The position numbers and the translations under genes were made by a program. A model generated the notes under the pieces. It was given only the letters and a program-made list of their open reading frames with translations, had not been told where the DNA came from and ran no database searches. A stretch of DNA of 63,855 bases, the filler included, from Octopus bimaculoides (lineage: Eukaryota), in NCBI RefSeq assembly GCF_001194135.2. It is 4 parts of 4 records of this genome, joined end to end, with 100 filler letters (N's around TTAATTAATTAA, not from the genome) between each part and the next. Parts side by side here need not be neighbours in the genome. Positions count along the whole stretch, not along the records: positions 28,672 to 43,649 come from NC_068981.1; positions 43,750 to 61,644 come from NC_068984.1; 2 more parts are not named here. One strand, 5' to 3'. Below are positions 38,786 to 51,300 of this stretch, one piece after another; positions within the stretch are counted from its first letter, which is position 1; each line of letters begins with the position of its first letter.

Positions 38786-39080
38786 CTGTGGAATATGAAA
38801 AAGGTGGGGAGAGTACCAATTATTCTTGGAGCTTTGGGGACAGTAGCAGAAGGTATTGAAAAGAATATTAAGGAAATGAGAATAGAGTGCCCATGTGCCC
38901 AGTAGAGCTAATACAAAAAGTTCGCCTCCTTGGCACGGCCAGAATCATCAAGAACGTGTCAGAAAGTTGAAGAGAACAAATCGATGATACCGTAGACTGC
39001 AGGTAACAAGCCCGGTATTCGTGCAATATTTCAGGAATTCTAACAAAACCGGAGTTAAAAGAATGATTATTATTATAATA
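38786..39080 (+). mobile_element. Dong/R4 LINE 3' end
   Basis: LWNMKKV..VPIILGALGTV...LIQKVRLLGTARIIKNV plus 3' UTR and (ATT)n. Confidence 0.75.
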
Positions 39081-39260
39081 ATAGTTGTTGCTTCTTTACC
39101 ATCCTGTATTTTGCAAAAATCTCAAGAAAGAGTGTGGTTATTTGAAGAGACTTGTCGCCAGGCTTCAAGATAACAATCCTGATAACTAAATTAACATATA
39201 ATAGGTTTTTCAGTAATAATAATGGCAAAAATTCATTCTCTATCATTGTCATTAATATCA

Positions 39261-39482
39261 AGGCGGCGAGCTTGCAGAATCGTTAGCACGCCGGGCAAAA
39301 TGCTTAGCGGTATTTCGTCCGTCTTTACGTTCTGAGTTCAAATGCCACCGAGGTCAACTTTGCCTTTAATCTTTTCAGGATCAATAAATTAAGTACCAGT
39401 GAAACACTGGGGTCGATATAATTGACTAGTCCCCTCCCCCAAATTTCCGGCCTTGTGCCTATAATAGAAAGGATTATTATTA
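39261..39482 (+). mobile_element. Full-length SINE family D
   Basis: Complete head, core and tail; candidate 10-bp TSD TCATTAATAT at 39249-39258 and 39483-39492. Confidence 0.9.
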
Positions 39483-40102
39483 TCATTAATATAATTATTA
39501 TTATCCTGGTTGTTGTTGTTGTTGTTGTTGTTGTTGTTAATAACTGGTGACATCATCCTGTACAACAAATACAAAATACAGGCCAAATATTGCTAAAGTT
39601 TAATGTATTTATAAATTCATGCTGGGCCTAACCAATTCTATTACGTTCTTATATTTTATGTCACGTCATTTGAGATTAACTGGCTGGTTTTCAAGCGCTG
39701 ATCCATCGGGAGAATTTCACGGGAAGTGGATCTTCTGTGAAACTCCAGCTTATTGCTAGTAAACAACGCCCACAGCTAAAATTGGTACGTGTGGTTTAGT
39801 AAATTGAACAAATACACACTCCTCAGTGTTATTTTATGGGCGTTATTACTTTCAGGATTTAAGTATGGACGTACTATATATGAGTGCTTGCATTTATACA
39901 TAAGTATATGCGTGTATGTATGAGCGCGCGCGCGTGTGTATAAATTTGATATTATTATGCAGCGCTAATATAAAGTTAAGATTTATGATATGGTGTTGTT
40001 ACACTTGCCCTAAATAACAAGGGTATATGTTGTAAGATCCAAAGCATTCAGTGACTCCACAATGCAAATATAGATATAGGTGTTTGTGTTTGTATGTATA
40101 TT

Positions 40103-40137
<35 letters not shown>

Positions 40138-40551
40138 NNNNNNNNNNNNNNNNNNNNNNNNNNNNNNNNNNNNNNNNNNNNNNNNNNNNNNNNNNNNNNN
40201 NNNNNNNNNNNNNNNNNNNNNNNNNNNNNNNNNNNNNNNNNNNNNNNNNNNNNNNNNNNNNNNNNNNNNNNNNNNNNNNNNNNNNNNNNNNNNNNNNNNN
40301 NNNNNNNNNNNNNNNNNNNNNNNNNNNNNNNNNNNNNNNNNNNNNNNNNNNNNNNNNNNNNNNNNNNNNNNNNNNNNNNNNNNNNNNNNNNNNNNNNNNN
40401 NNNNNNNNNNNNNNNNNNNNNNNNNNNNNNNNNNNNNNNNNNNNNNNNNNNNNNNNNNNNNNNNNNNNNNNNNNNNNNNNNNNNNNNNNNNNNNNNNNNN
40501 NNNNNNNNNNNNNNNNNNNNNNNNNNNNNNNNNNNNNNNNNNNNNNNNNNN

Positions 40552-40860
40552 GTTTATTGAGCGAAAACACCTAAAGCTCCACGAGGCTCCGGCATAGGGA
40601 TGGTGGCGAACCCTGCTGTACTCTTTAACCACAACTTTCTCTCACCCTTTCTTCCTGTTTCTGTTGTGCCTGTAATTCAAAAGGTCAGCCTTGTCACACT
40701 GTGTCACGCTGAATATCCCCGAGAACTACGTTAAGGGTACACGTGTCTGTGGAGTGCTCAGCCACTTGCATGTTAATTTCACGAGCAGGCTGTTCCATTG
40801 ATCGGATCAACTGGAACCCTCGACGTCGTAAGCGACGGAGTGCCAACAACAGCAACAACA
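40552..40860 (+). mobile_element. SINE family A, head lost in gap
   Basis: Near-identical to 10840-11133. Confidence 0.9.
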
Positions 40861-41257
40861 TATGCATATATACTTATGTATACATCGATCGAATATCCTG
40901 CGAGTTAATATGGGATCCCCTGACGACAATGTAAACTTCATTTAACTAAGGTATCTTTGGCCTGATGAGTAGCTAGCGGGTTACCTCTCGTTTGTGAAAT
41001 TATTGCTTCTGAGGTTCTGCTAGCTAAAAACACACGTACCCTGGATTTTATCTACTCTATTCCCTAATTTGGGGATCCCCAGCTGCTAACCGTAAATTAT
41101 GAAATATTTTTTCCAGCTCATTGGACTTCGATATGGGAAAAATTTACAACCGTCTACGTCAATAAACAACTTTTGTTCCTGAAAGTTTTTTTATTATACT
41201 TTCTACGGACTGCTCGAAGTTTAGTAACTTCTTACACCTTGTTCCTTGGACCTTACC

Positions 41258-41289
<32 letters not shown>

Positions 41290-41901
41290 NNNNNNNNNNN
41301 NNNNNNNNNNNNNNNNNNNNNNNNNNNNNNNNNNNNNNNNNNNNNNNNNNNNNNNNNNNNNNNNNNNNNNNNNNNNNNNNNNNNNNNNNNNNNNNNNNNN
41401 NNNNNNNNNNNNNNNNNNNNNNNNNNNNNNNNNNNNNNNNNNNNNNNNNNNNNNNNNNNNNNNNNNNNNNNNNNNNNNNNNNNNNNNNNNNNNNNNNNNN
41501 NNNNNNNNNNNNNNNNNNNNNNNNNNNNNNNNNNNNNNNNNNNNNNNNNNNNNNNNNNNNNNNNNNNNNNNNNNNNNNNNNNNNNNNNNNNNNNNNNNNN
41601 NNNNNNNNNNNNNNNNNNNNNNNNNNNNNNNNNNNNNNNNNNNNNNNNNNNNNNNNNNNNNNNNNNNNNNNNNNNNNNNNNNNNNNNNNNNNNNNNNNNN
41701 NNNNNNNNNNNNNNNNNNNNNNNNNNNNNNNNNNNNNNNNNNNNNNNNNNNNNNNNNNNNNNNNNNNNNNNNNNNNNNNNNNNNNTTACATGATAGTAAA
41801 TCAAAACCCATTCAATTCCAAGATTAAACATCAAATTATTTAATATGATACTTCGCTAATAGACAAATGTTAAAAAAACAAAAAAACCGTGATTTTAACT
41901 C

Positions 41902-42218
41902 GCGATAAAAGCAAAATGTCGCCCTTTCAAAGCCTAGCCAGCCTCATGGGCCCGATTTCCCGGTTTCTATGGCGTATGTGTTCCCCCCAGCTGGACAGGA
42001 CGCCAGTCCATCGCAGCGTTACTCAAGAAACAGGAAGAAAGAGTGAGAAAAATTTGAGGCGAAAGAGTACAACAAGGGTCACCACCACCCCCTGTCGGAG
42101 CCTCGTGGAGTTTATGTGTTTTCGCTCAATAAACACTCACAACGCCCAGTCTGGGAATCGAAACCGCGATCCTCCGACCGCAAGTCCGCTGCCCTAACCA
42201 CTGGGCCATTGCGCCTCC
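41902..42218 (-). mobile_element. Mosaic SINE, family C (family A head/body plus family B 3' half)
   Basis: 10-bp TSD ATTTTAACTC at 41892-41901 and 42219-42228. 42025-42218 matches family A; 41915-42022 matches family B. Confidence 0.88.
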
Positions 42219-42487
42219 ATTTTAACTCACAGTATGTAATTATTAAACATTCATAATTGAAATGAATAAATAAGATTGAATATTAAGCATTTATGAAATT
42301 TTGATTTACTGTCGGGTGACTTTTGGCGAACCTCGTATATATGAAGTGTATATTAGCCGTTGTCATGAAATCAATAGATATGTTCGTTTTCATTCAGTTG
42401 AGTACAAATGAAGTTCCGTTTATAAATCCACCATAACTTCAATCCCAAAATAGACAGGAGTTTTCGTCAGATAGAAACAGAAGGGGT

Positions 42488-43180
42488 GAAACAGCGTGGC
42501 TCATTTTCTGTGAATGCCCGAAATTGGCACAACGTGAATACAAAAGGCGACATGACAATGTGGCAAGAATGATAAATTGTTGAGCTTTCTATGACCTAGA
42601 GAGATCAAAGACGTGGTTTGATCAAATCCCAGAATGAGTTACTGAGAATGAGCATTGCAAAATCTTGTGGAATGCAATGATTCAGTGTGACCATTAGATT
42701 AAACATCAGAAACCTGACATTGTTGTAGTGAACAGAAAAGGAAAAAAAAAACAAAACATGCCTGATAATTGACCCAGCGGGTTCTGGTGACAACAGGATC
42801 GAAGAGAAAGAAGTAAAAATGAACAGCTATGATGAACTGAAGTAGGAATTATGCAGGTTGTGGGCAATGAAGGGAGTGGACGTGATACCAATAGGGAATG
42901 GCACGTTTAGAAGCAACAGCACTTAAGTGCCAAAGTGGCTCAAAAAGATTCCTACAAATGTAAAGATAGAGCACCTACAAAAATCATCATTTCTTGGAAC
43001 TACAAGAGTTCCCTGAAGAGTTCTTGAAGCATGATCAGAAAACAAGTGTCACCTTAGTCTGCAGGCTGTGGGCAGCTGACACTTTCCATCATATCCATCA
43101 AAATAAAGCTGAGAGTTTTCATGCTACAACAACAACAACGACGACGACGACGACAACAACAACAACAACAACAACAATAA
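42488..43180 (+). mobile_element. Dong/R4 LINE 3' fragment with restriction-like endonuclease
   Basis: ECPKLAQREYKRRHDNVA, KILWN, HQKPDIVVV, CLIID and EHLQKSSFLGT, then 3' UTR and (ACA)n tail. Confidence 0.85.
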
Positions 43181-43189
43181 TGATTTTAA

Positions 43190-43393
43190 TTTTTTGGCAA
43201 CAAGGATAGCTTGAGGGAGGGGATTAAGTCAATTACATCGACCGCAGTACTTAACTGGTACTTGACTTATCGACCCCGAAAGGATGAAAGGGAAAGTCGA
43301 ACTCGGCAGAATTTGAACTCAGAACGTAACGACGGATGAACTACCACTAAGCATCTCGCCAGGCGCGCTAACGATTCTACCAGCTCGCCGCCT
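43190..43393 (-). mobile_element. Full-length SINE family D
   Basis: Reverse-complement homolog of 39261-39482. Confidence 0.88.
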
Positions 43394-43394
43394 C

Positions 43395-43459
<65 letters not shown>

Positions 43460-43467
43460 CAAATATA

Positions 43468-43649
43468 TATAACATAGAGAAAATTGCACTACTGGGCACT
43501 GCACACATCCTACGCAAAACACTTTCAATACAGTAACCATAAGAGCATCACAGCAAACCACAGCACATACCCAAGGCACACAGAGCTGCGCTCAGTAATG
43601 AAGTGAAAGCACGTTATAAAAATAAAACTACTGACCAATAATAATAATG
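43468..43649 (+). mobile_element. Dong/R4 LINE 3' end (different subfamily) embedded in (AAT)n
   Basis: NIEKIALLGTAHILRKTLSIQ* plus 3' UTR; (AAT)n on both sides. Confidence 0.7.
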
Positions 43650-46367
43650 NNNNNNNNNNNNNNNNNNNNNNNNNNNNNNNNNNNNNNNNNNNNTTAATTA
43701 ATTAANNNNNNNNNNNNNNNNNNNNNNNNNNNNNNNNNNNNNNNNNNNNACGTATCAATGTTATGAAAAATAAGTAAAGAATACTGAGAAGAAAGTTTAA
43801 TCTATGACGCTGTATGTATCACTTTCTCTCTCTGTTGAGCGCGTGTGTAAGAACGCTGTTCCAGGTAGAAGGGAAGAAATATAAAAGTTGCTAGAAACGA
43901 CAGCCAAATCTCCCATAAATCACACAAAGTAAACGGAATTTTAAAAAATCTAATTACTGCACTGGAAAGTTCACATCGAGAAAATTCCATTGATGTAAAA
44001 ATTTTTACGAAAAAGTGGAAAATGTGTATTTCTATAAACTTTTAAAAAGGCTTCACACAGACACACAACTTCAGTTTTATATATTAAGATAAGGGACATA
44101 ATAATCCGATACAAACATTCACATCTTCCCTTGTACACACGCACACATATAAGAGTTGAAATGTTGTTTAATTTTTCTTCTCAGCGTTGAATGTTCATCA
44201 TCCCACTTCCATTGCACACACAAACACACACACACACACACATAAACATTCACATAACTTCCTTTTACATACACACATTTATACTCACGCAGAATTAAAA
44301 CGCTGTCTGATTTTTTTTTCACCGTAGAATTTCCATCATCCCACTACCAAGTTTGTCATCACCCGTTCCTTCCTTTCTCATTCATATGTTGTGACAGAGA
44401 AATACACAAGAGTATTATTATAGTAGAAGATATGGATGGTAAATCAAATTAATACACTTGTCAATGTTCAAATACTTCCCTCGAACGCTCACACACACAC
44501 AAACATTCACATACCTCCCTTTTACATACACACACACATGTACTCACAGAGTTGAAATGCTGATTTTTTTTTCACCCCTTCCTTCATTATTCATCTATCA
44601 CCTCTTCTTTTCTCATTCATATGTTGTGATGGACAAAAACACAAAACAAAAGACGGGCTCTTTGCCACTTCCTCTATCTCATTATTACATTCTCTCCCTC
44701 CCTCTCAGTCATGGCTATTACTCTCACTACTTCTCCTTCACTGAATTATTTTCTCTCTTCTCCCTTCACTTATACTACTCCTCCTACTACTCCTTCCTGC
44801 TTGATTTTGGACAAATATATATAAACACTACACTCATTATTATATTAGGAGATTGTATTTAAAAAGTCGTTAAGCTATTTTGTGTATTGTAGAAGTAAAA
44901 CCAATTAATAGCACATAAATCTTAACAAAATCTTACATGGATCCAGTTGAGAACCACTGATGTAGATAGTACACCAGTGGTTCGTTCTTTGTTGGCTTCA
45001 CTCTGAGTTGCATCTTTTAATCATGGTTGATCAGATCTATGAGCAAAAGCATTTCAGATGTACCATCTGTTTTTGCCTAATAAAAACCAACCGAGGACCA
45101 CGTTATTCAACATGTCCTTTTCTAAAATGGTGAAAGGAAATTTGGTTATTTCTGGTTGGTCATTTGACCATGTAGGAGCTCATCTGTTGGCTCGGGGCTT
45201 GTGATGTTAGTTTCATTAACCGGCTGTAGCTTCTTCTCTTAATGTGTAGCTAATTCTAACTCTACGGCATTGGGTTTGTTGTAAAAAAAAAAAAGTAATT
45301 GACTTCAACTTTCATTCTTCCATGAGCGAAGAAGAAAACAAGTGCTAGTAATATATTTAACAGGTCTCCATTGAAGAACTATACGGGACTTGGGAGTTCA
45401 TGCTTCACCATCATTCCCCTAGAGTTCAAGAAATGTCATAAATTGAAGATCAATGTGTTCTGCTAACATCCCTAAAAAGACAGTTGCAATTGTAATATCA
45501 TGACTTTGTTTCTTCACAATTTTCTGAAAAATGTATATTTTTAATGAAATTTTGCATAGATATGTTTCCAAGGTGTATATTATGATTATATGAAAAAAAA
45601 GAACTGGTAGGTCCAACTTTTGAACCATTCTCACTCACTCCCAATTTTGTTTTCTCATAACTCTTTTCAAAATGCATACTTTTCAACAATATGTTGCAGA
45701 AATGTTTCCAAGTGTAAATTATGTAATATTGATATTTCATGCACATAAATGTAATAACAAAAGGTAAAACTGTAAAAGTTTCAGAAATTGGGAGTTAGAA
45801 AAGTCAGAACGAGAGGTTATTGAGTGGGAAAACGATCAAAAGTCCTCCAAAAAAAACTTTTGTTTTTTTGCTTAATGTTATCAACATAACTGTAATCTGC
45901 ACCCTTGTAAGTGTACGAGTACAAAATTACATTAAAAAAAATCTGAATTTCTTTTAGGAACTTACAAGTAAAACAATCTAGAAGAGAGGGACCGATCTGT
46001 AGTAATGCCGCTTAAACTGTGACATCTATACTATCCTCAAAAACACCTCTATGTCCTTTGTATAACTGAGATCCTAGACCAGGGGTGTCAAACATGGCCT
46101 GCTGCAGGGTTTCATCCGGCCTGCGAGATGACATTGAAAAGTATAAAAACTATATAATATATTTACTTACTTATTGTGAATGTTGATTGTTTGAGTATGA
46201 CTGATGATAGTGTCGTTGATTCAATTTCTAATAGAAAAACTCCCTTAAATTATTTAAAGACTTGTTTAAATATTGTATTAGAATAAATATATTTTTTTGA
46301 AATTAATTCAATGGCTAACATTTTTTTTTTATAGGTCACCAATTCACTCTGTTTTACCTTACCCAAA

Positions 46368-48265
46368 ATGTCTTTATCAAGGAGAAAAGTGGATACAGAA
46401 TCACTAGCGTAACTACAGTGTGTGCCGCCCGGAGCAGCTCTTCCGTTTGCCATCCCCAGACACCACAAAAAACACAAAAAGGATGGAAAGTGCCGCCTAG
46501 GGCAGACTGCCCCTACTACACCCACCCGTAGCTACCCTAGTGTACAGAGTGTAGATTATTTCAAGAAAAGTGGTCCTTTTCCCATTTATTTGTGAAGGTA
46601 AATGGGAAACCTCTGTGCTTGGCATATATGCAGCAGGTTTTAGTGCTCAAAGAATATAACACTCACCACCACTATGAGACTCATCATGCCAACAAATACA
46701 ATAACTTGCAAGGACAAATGAGAAGTGAGAAAGTAAATAGATTATTAGTTAATCTGAAGAAACAACAATCTGCTTTAACACAAAGCTGAGATATCAGTCA
46801 GGTAGCAGTAAAAGCTAGTTACCTTGTTTGCTAGAGAAATAGCATTAGCATCAAAGCCGTACTATGAGGGTGAGTTTGTGAAAACATGCATAATGAATAC
46901 TGTAGAAATTGTATGCCCTGAAAAGCAACAGACATTTGCCAACATTAGCCTAATGAGAAACTGTGGTAGATAGGATTTCAGATCTTTCTGCAGATTTGGA
47001 CAGGCAACTGAAATACAAAGTCAAGTCACTTATTGCATTTTTGGTTGCAATTGATGAGAGCATGGACATTATGGATGTTACACAACTGGCCATATTCACT
47101 GAGAAGTTCCTATGATGGACACCACAACAGCAAATGACATTTTCATCTCTCTTGTTTGAGCACTGGACAGGGTCAGAGTAGACTGAGCCCATGCTGTCAG
47201 CGTGACTACAGATAGTGCTCCATCAATGATTGAGAAAAAAGCAGGTGTTGTGATGCAGTTCAGAGGGAATGTACATACTGCAAATGGAGGACATGATTTT
47301 TGGATATTTCACTGCATTTTGCACCAGGAGGCACTGTGTTGCAAGTCATTCAAAATGGATCACGTCATGGAACTGTTAATTTCATCCGAACTAGAGGTCT
47401 GAATCACTGTCAGTTTGACAATCTTCTCAGTGATATAGGCGTTACCTATGGCTTGCCATATCATACTGAGGTAAGGTGGTTAAGCCGAGGTGCCATGTTG
47501 AAGTGTTTCTTTAATCTACAAGAAGAAATTGAGAAGTTCCTGGGGAAAAGGGGCAAACCACTGTTAGAATTTCAATCACCAGAATGGCTGCAAGATTTAG
47601 CATTTATTGTCAATATTACAGAGCACTTGTATAATCTGAACAAAATGCTGCAAGGCGTAAAAAAGTTGTCACACAGTATTTTGAAAGCATACATGCGTTC
47701 AAGTTGAATCTAACCTTGTGGGAGACACAACTATCAGGTGGTGACCCTGCTTATTTTCTTTGTCTAAAAGATGTGGTTGCAACTGCAAATAATGTTGACA
47801 TGAATCAATACAAAGACAATATCACGAGATTGCTGCGAGAGTTTGAGCAAATGTTTCAGATTTTTTTATGTAGTTGAGACAGATTTCACAGTTTTTCATT
47901 CGCCATTTACAGTTGACACCTCTGATCTACTCATCAACATCCAACTTGAAATGATTGACTTGCAGTGTGATTCAGATTTGAAGAACAAACTTACCTCTGT
48001 GGGTATGGACACATTTTATCAGTATCTTTTGCCAAAGTATGCCAAATTGACAGCCCTTGCTGCAAAAGTTTTGTGAATTTTCAGCACCACCTACTTTTGT
48101 GAACAAGTTTTCTCTGTAATGAGCATCAATAAAACAAAGCTGCGCTCAAGGCTCACACACAAGCATCTAAATGACATCCTGAAATTGGCTGCTACTTAGG
48201 ATTTGACACCTGATGTTGAGGCACTTGTGAAGGAGAAAAGATGCCAAGTTTCAGGAACATATTGA
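46368..48265 (+). pseudogene. Disrupted hAT transposase (GTF2IRD2-like)
   Basis: With the MITE removed it reads MSLSRRKVDTECRLFQEKW..KPLCL..HYETHH; also IDES, FHCILHQEALC, YHTEVRWLSRG, WLQDLAF and TYFCEQVFSVM, with multiple stops and frameshifts. Confidence 0.9.
46402..46542. mobile_element. 141-bp hAT-type MITE inserted in the transposase ORF
   Basis: TIRs CACTAGCGTAACTAC / GTAGCTACCCTAGTG (13/15); 8-bp TSD TACAGAAT / TACAGAGT. Confidence 0.88.
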
Positions 48266-48358
48266 AAATAAATGAAAAAAAATAAGTGTTTTTAAATGTT
48301 TTTCAAAGTGTTTTTTTTTAAATTTATAAATTGTATACATTTACAAAGCAGTCTTCTT

Positions 48359-51300
48359 CTTTCCAGGTACTGAATAACATCTCTCCTTCCTGTGTTACCT
48401 GCCATATCTCTTTCCCAGTTTTCAGAGTTGGCACTCTAAATGTAGGCACATTGAAAGGTAGGGCTAGCGAGATTGTAGAGATGCTTAATGGGCATGTAGA
48501 GATGCTTGTAGAGATGCTTTAACGGGCATGTCAGACAGCAATCTGGTATCTTCCATGGTGTACATGAGGGTCATGGAGTTGGTACCAGAAATGAAGAGGG
48601 TACTAGGCTCCTGGAGTTCTGCGATGCAAATAACCTATTGATCTGCAATACCAACCTCAGGAAGCCAGCTAGCCAGATCGATTTCACTCTCACCAGACAG
48701 TAGGATGCATGGTTGCTCTTAAATACAAAGACCCTCTCTGGTGAAGAATGTACCCCCCAACATAGTTATTAGCGACAGTAGACTCAAGGCCAGAAGGATG
48801 CCAAAAAGCAGACCAATCTGGAAAAGGACTCGGAAGCTTGGGAACCCTTCACATGGTCAGAGATTTAGGGATATACTTACCAAGAAATCTGACGATAGGG
48901 AGGAGGAGCTATAGTCCTGTAACATAGAAGGCAGCTGGGAATTCCTGCAAGACAGCTTCCTGAGTGCCACAGACTAAATCTGTGGTTGGTGCAAAATCCC
49001 TTCCAGACATAGGGTAACATGGCGGTGGAACAATACTGTAGACAGGGCTATTAGAGCAAAGAAACAGGGTTGGAAAGCCTGGAAAAGTGGGGGTAGCAGG
49101 AGAATGTATCAGATAACCAAAAAGGAAGCTAAGAAACAGGTATATATAACCAAGGGAGTAGCAGAAAAGAAGTTAGCCAATTTTCAGCGACATGAGGACC
49201 AAAGAACTGAAGTATTTTGAATTGCAAGACAGCGTGTAAGAGAAAACCATGATGTCATAGAAGAGAAATGTGTCTGCATGGATGACAGTGCACTTGCATT
49301 TAATGATTCTGCAAAGAAAGATGCTTGGAGAAGCCATTACGAAAGACTGCTGAATGTGGAGAATGAATGGGAGGAGGAGAGTCTGCCAAAGGTTGACCCA
49401 ATTGAGGGAGTAGCTTTCCGAATCTACAATACCCAGATAGATAAAGCAATTAAGGATATGAAGACAGAGAAAGCACCTGGCTCATCAGGAATCACCACCG
49501 GGATGCTTAAAGTATCGGGCGGTGTGGGTTATGGTCTTGTCACCAGCATCGTAAATCAGGTAGTTCATGAAGGAGTCATACCCAATGACTGGTGTAGCAG
49601 CACCATAGTCAACTGCTATAAGGGGAAAGGTGATACCTCGGATAGAAATAACTACAGGGGCATCAAATTATTGGATCAGGTGATGAAAGTTACAGAGAGG
49701 CTCATAACCGAACTAATTAGGGAGAGAGTTAGCCTAGATGAAATGCAGTTTGGTTTTGTGCCAGGCAGAAGCACCACTGATGCTATATTTCTGGTAAAGC
49801 AACTGCAGGAGAAATACCTAGCCAAAGATAAACCTCTGTACTTGGCTTTTGTTGACTTGGATGGGGTCCCCCAATCCCTTATCTGGTGGTCAATGCAGAA
49901 ACTGAGGATAAACAAGTGGCTGATAAGAGCTGTACAAGACCTGTACAGGGATGCTGTCAGTAAGGTTAGCAACGAGTATAGTAAAGAATTCCGAATAGAA
50001 GTAGGGGTTCACCAAGGATCAGTCCTCATCCCCCTCTTATTCAATATAGTCCTCAAAGCCATAACAAAGGAATTCAAGACAGGATGCCCCCGGGAGCCCC
50101 TCTATGCTGATGACTTTGCTCTAATAGCTGAGTCACAGCCAGAACTAGAGACGAAGTTTAGGGTGTGGAAACAAAGTCTAGAATCAAAGGGCCTTAGGGT
50201 TAACCTAGCAAAAACCAAAGTCTTAGTAAGTAGGAAGGCTGTCAAATCACAATCCCCATCAGGTAAATGGCCTTGCTCAATTTGTAGAAAAGGCGTGGGT
50301 AGAAACTCCATACAATATACCCAGTGTAAGCTATGAACACAGAAGGTACAGCAATATCAAAGGAAGGCTAACCAGGAAAATAGTTTTTGCATGTGGCAGA
50401 TGCACTGGGGTAATAAACACTGAAGCAGCCAGGTACTAGAAGTAGTTAATAGCTTCCATGTCTGTAGTGGGGGTGGCTGCTCAGAGTGCAGCAACTAGAG
50501 TAAGAATAGCCTGGGGAAAGTTCAGGGATCTCATACCTCTGCTGGCAACTAAGGGCCTCTCGCTCAGGGTGAAAAGTAGACTGTATGATGCATGTGTGCA
50601 AACTGCTATGCTACACAGCAATAGAACATAGACCATGAATGCTATGGACAAGCGTAGGCTTGAAAGAAATGAAGCTAGTATGATCTGCTTGATGTGTAAT
50701 GTCAGTGTGCATACATGACAGAGTGTAAGTGCCCTGAGAGAAAAGTTGGGCATAAGAAGCATCAGATGTGGTGTGCAAGAGAAGCGACTGCACTGGTATG
50801 GTCATGTGTTACGTATGAATGAAGACAGCTGTGAGGAAGTGCCACTCCCTAACTGTAGAAGGAACCTGTGGAAGAGGTAAACCCAGAAAGACATGGGACA
50901 AGGTGGTAAAGCATGACCTTTGAACTTTGGGCCTCACAGAGGCAATGACAGGAGATCAGGACCTTTGGAGATATGCTGTAATTGAGAAGACCCAGCAACT
51001 AAAGTGAGATCGCAGCCACGCATGTCCAGCCCTGTTAAGAATACCCTTGATGCATCGGGCGATATGATATGCTTGAGAAGACCTGTTGAGTCAAGTAAAA
51101 TCGATATCGTAGCTGTGGCCAGTTCCCCTCGACTGGCTCCCATGCCAGTGGCACATAAAAAGCACCAACTGAACACGGTTGATGCCAGTACCCCTTGACT
51201 GGCTCTTGTGCCAGTGGCACGTAAAAAAACACACTACACTCCTGGAGTGGTTGGCATTAGGANNNNNNNNNNTGTGGCCGATGCTAGTACCCCTAGACTG

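Noticed and set aside
40960-41010. CTGATGA...GAAA motif (also CTGATGA at about 22136, and minus strand at about 18848)
   Set aside because: Stems I and II cannot be formed with correct register around the core, unlike the 15921 and 19822 candidates.
44930-44970. Lone hAT-like TIR GTTGAGAACCACTG followed by ATGTAGAT
   Set aside because: No matching left TIR or TSD was found, so an element cannot be delimited.
49278-50336. 352-aa RT ORF as an active LINE or host gene
   Set aside because: The upstream endonuclease is deleted and stop-ridden, the RT has small deletions (e.g. after AFVDL), and a stop interrupts the PHD finger.
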